From Bryobacterales bacterium (GTDB taxonomy: Bacteria > Acidobacteriota > Terriglobia > Bryobacterales > UBA6623), in NCBI GenBank assembly GCA_963422375.2, contig OY729428.2:2016001-2080000 (forward strand): a stretch of DNA of 64,000 nucleotides, given 5' to 3'. Position numbers and translations under genes: made by a program. The notes beneath the pieces are model-generated. The model ran no database searches. It saw only the letters and a program-made list of their open reading frames with translations, and had not been told where the DNA came from. Below, one piece after another: positions 58,409 through 64,000 of this stretch (the first letter of the stretch is position 1; the number at the start of each line of letters is the position of its first letter).

Positions 58409-59686
58409 CTAGCCCCGCTCCGTTGACCTAGGGAGGAGGGGCTTCGACGGATCGATTGCCAGCCAGCAGGCCATTGAGACGAAGCAGGAGCAGGCGATGA
58501 GGGCCAAGGGGAAGTTCCAGCCGTAGGTGTCGATCAGAGCGCCGTAGCCGACGCTCATGATCACCGCTCCCGCCTGGCCGGCCGTGTTCATCGCACCGCT
58601 GACGGTTCCGGACGCTTCGCGCCCGATGTCGACGCAGACCGCCCAGGCCGCCGGCAGCATCAGGTCGGAAGCGGCGAAGCCGAGGGCGAGAATCAGGCTG
58701 GCGGCCAGGCGGTCCTCCACCGCGATGGAAAGCAGGATCAACGCTCCGGCGCACCCGACCCCGGCCATTCCGACGATCCGGCGGCCCAGCACGATGCCGA
58801 TTCGCCGGACCAGGCGGTCGCTCAGCGATCCGCCGAGCCAGTTGGCCATGGCGGCCAGCAGGAAGGGCAGGGCAGTGTAAGCCGCCAGTTCGGAACTCTC
58901 CCAGCCCTTCTGGGAAGAGAGGTAGCTCGCTGTCCAGAACAGGTACCAGTTCGAGGCGTAGCAGAAGAAATGGTAGGCACCCAGGATCGCCCAGAAGTTG
59001 CCGCTAAGCAGCAAGGCGCCAAGCGCAATGCGCCCGCCGCGCGAGGGAGCGGCCCCGATCGCGGCAATCTCGGCGGCATTCACGCTCCGGTGTTCCGCCG
59101 GATAATCGCGAAAGAACTTCCACCACCAGACGGCCCAGACGACACCTAGGACGCTGAAGACGTAGAAGACGCTGCGCCAGCCCCAGTTCGAGATCAGCGG
59201 CAGCACAAGGAAAGGCGACAAGGCGCCCCCGAGACGGCTGGCCAGGAACACGATGCCCTGGGCGAGAGCCCGCTGCTGCGGGGGGAACCATCGAGACACC
59301 ACGCAGGCGGCGTTGGGGTAGGCCCCTGCCTCGCCGGCGCCGAACAGCGCTCGGACGACCAGAAGCTGCCAGTAGCCGCTTACCGTGCCGGTGAGGGCGG
59401 TGAACGCCGACCACCAGACGACGATCCGCGTCAGGATAAGGCGCGGTCCGAAGCGATCCCCCAGCCAGCCCCCGGGCACTTCGAAGATGCCATAGGCTGC
59501 CAGGAAGGCTGCCAGCACCATCCCCCACTGGGCGTTGGACAGGCCGAGGGCCCGCTGCATGTCCGGTCCGGCCGAATTGATGCAGACGCGATCGAGATAG
59601 GTGACCACAGAAAGCAGGAACAGCCCGGCCATCACCGTCCGACGAACCTTCGTCGGCCCGGAGCCGACGCTGGTTCCGCCCGCCAA
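58409..59686 (-). CDS. MFS transporter (anion:cation symporter family)
   Basis: YLDRVCI, GWLGDRFGPR, RALFGAGEAGAYP, SGAMNTAG. Start approximate. Confidence 0.92.
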   Translation of the reverse strand: MAGGTSVGSGPTKVRRTVMAGLFLLSVVTYLDRVCINSAGPDMQRALGLSNAQWGMVLAAFLAAYGIFEVPGGWLGDRFGPRLILTRIVVWWSAFTALTGTVSGYWQLLVVRALFGAGEAGAYPNAACVVSRWFPPQQRALAQGIVFLASRLGGALSPFLVLPLISNWGWRSVFYVFSVLGVVWAVWWWKFFRDYPAEHRSVNAAEIAAIGAAPSRGGRIALGALLLSGNFWAILGAYHFFCYASNWYLFWTASYLSSQKGWESSELAAYTALPFLLAAMANWLGGSLSDRLVRRIGIVLGRRIVGMAGVGCAGALILLSIAVEDRLAASLILALGFAASDLMLPAAWAVCVDIGREASGTVSGAMNTAGQAGAVIMSVGYGALIDTYGWNFPLALIACSCFVSMACWLAIDPSKPLLPRSTERG

Positions 59687-59712
59687 GAGAGTCCCGCTGT
59701 GACTGCTCCAGG

Positions 59713-60366
59713 CTACGCGTGCGCGACGAGCGTGCGCCGGTAGTCCGCTAGGAACTTGTCGAGGCCGATGTCCGTCAGGGGGTGGTTGAACAATTGGTCG
59801 AAGACCTTGTAGGGCAGGGTGCAGACGTGCGCGCCCGCGAGGGCAGCTTCCTTGACGTGCAGGGGCCCGCGCGCCGATGCCGCGAGCACCTGGGTCGCGT
59901 AGCCGTAGTTGTCGTAGATCTCGACGATTTCCCGGATCAGCTCCGAGCCGTCGTGGGAGATGTCGTCCAGGCGCCCGATGAAAGGGCTGATCAGGTACGC
60001 GCCCGCTTTCGCGGCGAGGAGTGCCTGGAGCGGCGAGAAGCACAGAGTGACGTTCGTGCGGATGCCCTCGCTGGCGAGCCTGCCCACCGCCTTGATGCCC
60101 TCGCGGACGAGAGGAATCTTGACCACGACCGATTCGTGAATCCTAGCCAGGTCGCGCCCCTCGGCGACCATCCCCTCGACGTCCGTCGCGACCACCTCGG
60201 CGCTGATGTCGCCGTCGATCATGCCGCAGATCGCCCGGATCTGGTCGTGGTGCTCGTGCCCTTCCTTGGCGATGAGGGACGGGTTGGTCGTGACGCCGTC
60301 GATGATGCCGAAGGACGTCGCCCTGCGGATCTCCTCGAGGTTGGCACTGTCGATAAAGAGTTTCAC
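59713..60366 (-). CDS. fsa: Transaldolase / fructose-6-phosphate aldolase (short form)
   Basis: GVTTNPSL, VVKIP, NVTLCFS, SPFIGRLDD, HPLTDIGL. Confidence 0.93.
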   Translation of the reverse strand: MKLFIDSANLEEIRRATSFGIIDGVTTNPSLIAKEGHEHHDQIRAICGMIDGDISAEVVATDVEGMVAEGRDLARIHESVVVKIPLVREGIKAVGRLASEGIRTNVTLCFSPLQALLAAKAGAYLISPFIGRLDDISHDGSELIREIVEIYDNYGYATQVLAASARGPLHVKEAALAGAHVCTLPYKVFDQLFNHPLTDIGLDKFLADYRRTLVAHA

Positions 60367-60428
60367 TGTATTCTCCTAGTGGGTTCGAAAGGCAAGCGGC
60401 GGCACCGCCGCCGAGCGGCTGCTGGCGC

Positions 60429-62528
60429 CTAGCGCTTGACCGGGCCCTTTTTCTTCGGCTCCGGGCGATCGGTCATCGAGACCTCGAGTTCGGCCAGTTT
60501 CCGACGCAGGCTGTCGACCTCCTCGCTGTCGCGGTCGGCCGGCGCGGAGCGGTTCCACTCCTCAAGAGCCCGGCTCCAATGCCGCTTGGTCTCGGTCACA
60601 CGGCCCTGCTTGTAGTACACGTCTCCCAAGTGCGTGTGGATGACCGGGTCGTCGCCGTGCTGCTCGAGGGATCGCTCGAGGTACTTGGCGGCGAGCTCGA
60701 GCTTGTCTTGGCGGTAGTACAACCACCCCAGGCTGTCGAGATATGCCCCGTTTTCGGGCTCGATATCCAAGGCGCGCTGGATCAGGTCGTGGGCCTCTTC
60801 CAAGTTCACGCTGCGGTCGGCGAACATGTAGCCGAGGTAGTTCAAGGCGCCTGCGTTGTCCGGATCGATCGCCAGGAGCTCCCTGAATCGGGCCTCGGAC
60901 CGCTCGTACTGCTTGGCGCGCTCGTGCAGCGAGCCGTACGAGAAGAGCACGGCGACGCGCTCCTCTTGCGACTCGGCCAGTTCATGCGCCCGCTCGACGC
61001 GCTCCTCCGCCTTGGCGAACTGGCGCCCTTTGACGTGTATCTCCGCCAAGGTCAGCAGCACGTCGATGCCTTGGGGGCTGCCCTTGGTGGCGCGCTCCAC
61101 GACCCGGATGGCTTCCTTGGTCTTGCCCCTGTCCGAGAGGACGTTCGCGAGCAGGCTGGCCAGCATGAAGTTGCCGCCCATCTCCCCCAACGCCTTGCGC
61201 GCTTCGGCTTCGGCGCGCGAATAGTTGCGGGCGTTGCGCCAAGTCTCCACGACCTGGGCCAGTGCCTGCGGCTTGAATTCGGGGTTGAGGCCGGCGATCT
61301 CCAGATACGCCGCCACGGCTGACCCGGGCTCGCCCAGAGTGCGGCGAAGGTGCCCGAGTCGTTCCAGGAGGAGCACGCGTCTCCTGCGCTCGCCGGGTGC
61401 GTACTCGTCCTTGCGAGTCGCTTCGAGGACCTTGGAGGTCTCGGCGGCGGCATCCTCGGTTCGGCCCTCTGCTTCGAGCAGGCTGATCGCGTCGAACTGG
61501 ACCTCGAGCGAATCCGGGTCGATCTGGCGGGCGCGCTCCAGCGACTCCCACGCCTTGGCGAAGTCACCGCGCTGGCGCTCGATGCGCGCGACCCTGATGT
61601 GATAGATCGGATTGCGCGAATCCAGGCGCGCCAAGGCCTCGTACTGCTCCTGCGCCTGGCCGAACTGCCTCGAGAGGAAGAGGTTGTCGGCGAGACGCTG
61701 GCGGGCATCCAAGGTGTTGCCGCCTTGATCTACGATCCTCCGGTACATCGACGCCGCGTCGCGGAAACGCCCGACCTGCTCGTACGCTTGGGCGAGGGCC
61801 GTCATGGACCGCCGGTCCCCGCCGTCCTCGGCGATTGCCTCGAGCACGTCGATCGCCTCGCGGAACTTGCCGCCCTCGAGCAGCACGTAGGCTAGGTCGA
61901 CCTGTGCGTCCTGCTGTCCGGGGTCGAGTTCCAGCGCGCGCTGGAGGGAAGCCTCCGCCTTCTCGGGCTGCTCCGCGGACCGGTAGAGCAGTCCGAGTTC
62001 CGTGTGGTTCTCGGCCTTGTCGGGCTCGATCTCTACGATGCGCTCGAACTGCTCGACTGCCTTGCGGAGCAGCTCGGCGTTCACGCCCCGTCGGTCCTTG
62101 GTGGCGTAGCTACGGTAGATGCTCCCCAGCAGACGGCGGACTTCCAGATTCTCCGGATCCTCGGCGAGCAGCTCCATGGCGACGCTCTCGGCGTCGGCCA
62201 GACGCGTGGCGCCCGCATAAAGATTGATGAGCTCCATTCGAATCACGGCCGACTCGGGGTCGCTTTCCAGCGCGGCGGTGTACTCGGCGACGGCCCGGTC
62301 GACATACTCTTGGCGCATGTACTGCTGGGCGAACTGATGGTAGAGGTGCCCGAGCGCGAAGTGATAGTAGGATTCGCTGCGGTCGGACGAGGTGCGCTTC
62401 TCCTGTGCCGTCGCGAGGAGCGGCAGCGCAAGGGCGCACAGAGCGAGCGCTAGAGTCCCCGTTCGGCCGGTTCGGAGCGACGATTGCCTGCGGAATCCGG
62501 CCGTGCGGGCCGAGGGAAGGAAGGGCAT
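60429..62528 (-). CDS. Tetratricopeptide-repeat protein, exported
   Basis: Many TPRs; ALNYLGYMFAD, AYLDSLGWLYY, HLGDVY. Confidence 0.9.
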   Translation of the reverse strand: MPFLPSARTAGFRRQSSLRTGRTGTLALALCALALPLLATAQEKRTSSDRSESYYHFALGHLYHQFAQQYMRQEYVDRAVAEYTAALESDPESAVIRMELINLYAGATRLADAESVAMELLAEDPENLEVRRLLGSIYRSYATKDRRGVNAELLRKAVEQFERIVEIEPDKAENHTELGLLYRSAEQPEKAEASLQRALELDPGQQDAQVDLAYVLLEGGKFREAIDVLEAIAEDGGDRRSMTALAQAYEQVGRFRDAASMYRRIVDQGGNTLDARQRLADNLFLSRQFGQAQEQYEALARLDSRNPIYHIRVARIERQRGDFAKAWESLERARQIDPDSLEVQFDAISLLEAEGRTEDAAAETSKVLEATRKDEYAPGERRRRVLLLERLGHLRRTLGEPGSAVAAYLEIAGLNPEFKPQALAQVVETWRNARNYSRAEAEARKALGEMGGNFMLASLLANVLSDRGKTKEAIRVVERATKGSPQGIDVLLTLAEIHVKGRQFAKAEERVERAHELAESQEERVAVLFSYGSLHERAKQYERSEARFRELLAIDPDNAGALNYLGYMFADRSVNLEEAHDLIQRALDIEPENGAYLDSLGWLYYRQDKLELAAKYLERSLEQHGDDPVIHTHLGDVYYKQGRVTETKRHWSRALEEWNRSAPADRDSEEVDSLRRKLAELEVSMTDRPEPKKKGPVKR

Positions 62529-62571
62529 TCGTTTCGCCCCAGTATAGCCTCTCCCGGGATTCGCCGGGAGA

Positions 62572-63507
62572 CTAGGAGAGCGATTCTCCCGGCGGGCGCG
62601 TCTTCCAGCGCCGATGGATCCAGAGCCACTGCTCCGGATGCCGTCGCACTCGTTCCTCGATGGCGGTCTGGAAAATCTGGGAGCTGGCCTGCAAGTCGCG
62701 AGACGGGTCGCCAGTCCGGACCAGTTCGATCCGCGGGCCGTACTCGACCACGTGCCGTCGCGACGCCCCGTCCCACCATGCCACGGCCGGGACGACGGCC
62801 GCGCCGGAGCGCAGCGCGATCCGGGCGACACCCCTGCTCGCGGCCGCCGTCGTGCCGAAGAAGTCGACGAAGACCGCGTCCTCGGGAACCGCGTTCTGGT
62901 CGGCAAGGATTCCGACCGTGCCGTTGCTGCGCAGGACCCGGAACACTTCCCGCGCCACGGCCCGCTTGGAAATCACCCGATTGCCGTGCGCACTCCGGCG
63001 CCCTTCGACCAAGCGGTTGACCAAGGGGTTCTCGATCGGCCTGACTATGACATGGACCGGACCTTCCACCGCTCCGTGGGCCAGCGCCCCGAGCTCCCAG
63101 TTGCCGAGATGGGCGGTTAGCAGGATCACTCCGCGGCCGCGAGCCGCGCCGGCGCGGAAGTGCTCGAGGCCGACGAAGTCCACCCTCTGCCTCACCTCTT
63201 GCTCCGACCAGGCGGGGAGCTTGGCCAGGGCCAGAGCGACCCGGCCGAGGTTTTGGAAGACGCCGACGCGAATGCGCCTTCTCTCGCGGGGCGACAGACG
63301 GGGGAGGGCCTTGCGCAGGTTGATCTCGGCCACGCGGCGCCACTTTGCCACGAGACAGCCGCAGGCCAGTCCGAGACCGTGAGCGACGCGAATCGAAACG
63401 CCGTACGGCAGGACGCGGAGTCCACAGAGGACGGCCAGCGCGGCGAAATAGGCGAGACGGTCCGTGGCAGCGGCGTTGGCTGCGTCCGCCACCCGCGGGT
63501 CAGCCAA
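62572..63507 (-). CDS. Lipid A late acyltransferase (LpxL/HtrB family)
   Basis: HLGNWE, ILADQ, VDFFG, PEQWLWIHRRWK. Confidence 0.92.
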   Translation of the reverse strand: MADPRVADAANAAATDRLAYFAALAVLCGLRVLPYGVSIRVAHGLGLACGCLVAKWRRVAEINLRKALPRLSPRERRRIRVGVFQNLGRVALALAKLPAWSEQEVRQRVDFVGLEHFRAGAARGRGVILLTAHLGNWELGALAHGAVEGPVHVIVRPIENPLVNRLVEGRRSAHGNRVISKRAVAREVFRVLRSNGTVGILADQNAVPEDAVFVDFFGTTAAASRGVARIALRSGAAVVPAVAWWDGASRRHVVEYGPRIELVRTGDPSRDLQASSQIFQTAIEERVRRHPEQWLWIHRRWKTRPPGESLS

Positions 63508-63565
63508 GCTTCCGGCCCGCCCGCGCGGCGTCCGGGGGCCCTATGGGTCCCATGGCGGGCATCTG

Positions 63566-64000
63566 TCAGGATGCCAGCAGCTGGAATGATCTCGGCTGGT
63601 ACAGCCAGTCGACGATGTTTCCCTCGTGGGGTTGCAGCCAGTCCAGCTTCGTTGTCGGAACGGCTCCCAGATTCAGCCGGTCGATCGAGGGGCACGCGAT
63701 CAGCCGCTGCCGGAATTGAGTCGAATCCGTGATGCCGGTGCAGACGAGCGTCGGACCGATCCGTCCGAGCATTTTGGTTTCGGGGCACTCGACAACGCTC
63801 GCGAAGGGGAACATGAACTCCTTGTTCGCCAGCGGATGCTCGGGCGACTCGCAATGAACTACCGTCGGAAGCAGGTACGAGCAGTACACCCGGGTAATCG
63901 CCCGCGGGCGGCGTCGCATGTCCGCCGTCACGTCGGTGGCCCCTCCCTGCGCGAGGGCGTCGTCGATCATGCCCGAGACAGCCTCGGCCACGCCGGCGAC
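63566..64000 (-). CDS. Aldehyde dehydrogenase-family protein, C-terminal part (cut by the window edge)
   Basis: LLPTVVHC, EFMFPFASVVE, QPHEGN. Confidence 0.75.
   Translation of the reverse strand, partial: VAGVAEAVSGMIDDALAQGGATDVTADMRRRPRAITRVYCSYLLPTVVHCESPEHPLANKEFMFPFASVVECPETKMLGRIGPTLVCTGITDSTQFRQRLIACPSIDRLNLGAVPTTKLDWLQPHEGNIVDWLYQPRSFQLLAS

Overview
A GC-rich bacterial chromosomal segment. Gene content suggests Acidobacteriota (Bryobacterales/Solibacterales-like); this is inferred from the VWA, DUF4760-like, Tat-Gfo and Oar-type TonB-receptor families, and no database was searched. It holds housekeeping genes (gap-pgk, kdsC, lpxD, plsY, rpsO-pnp, murJ, rnj, fsa/tal, an lpxL-like acyltransferase, ccmC-ccmD, initiator tRNA-Met), five Cys-type sulfatases, two peptidases and a decaheme cytochrome/porin (DmsE/MtrA + MtrB-like) pair. 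Three decay zones are interspersed: 3.1-5.9 kb, 11.2-18.1 kb and 56.2-58.3 kb. They contain three IS elements with mappable ends and target duplications (two IS1595-family, one ISAzo13-family) and many gene remnants that the ORF track misses. The most notable observations are: (i) a consistent A:T->G:C substitution signature at family-conserved codons in all three IS copies; (ii) a PNPase carrying a recent 309-bp tandem duplication of its S1 domain and RG-rich tail; (iii) the porin-cytochrome module; (iv) an intact S1/P1-nuclease homologue lacking about half of its zinc ligands; (v) an MmeI-like restriction-modification gene whose two ends now flank 6.5 kb of unrelated DNA. No CRISPR array, rRNA, prophage or reverse transcriptase was seen. 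Family calls rest on motifs recognised by eye.
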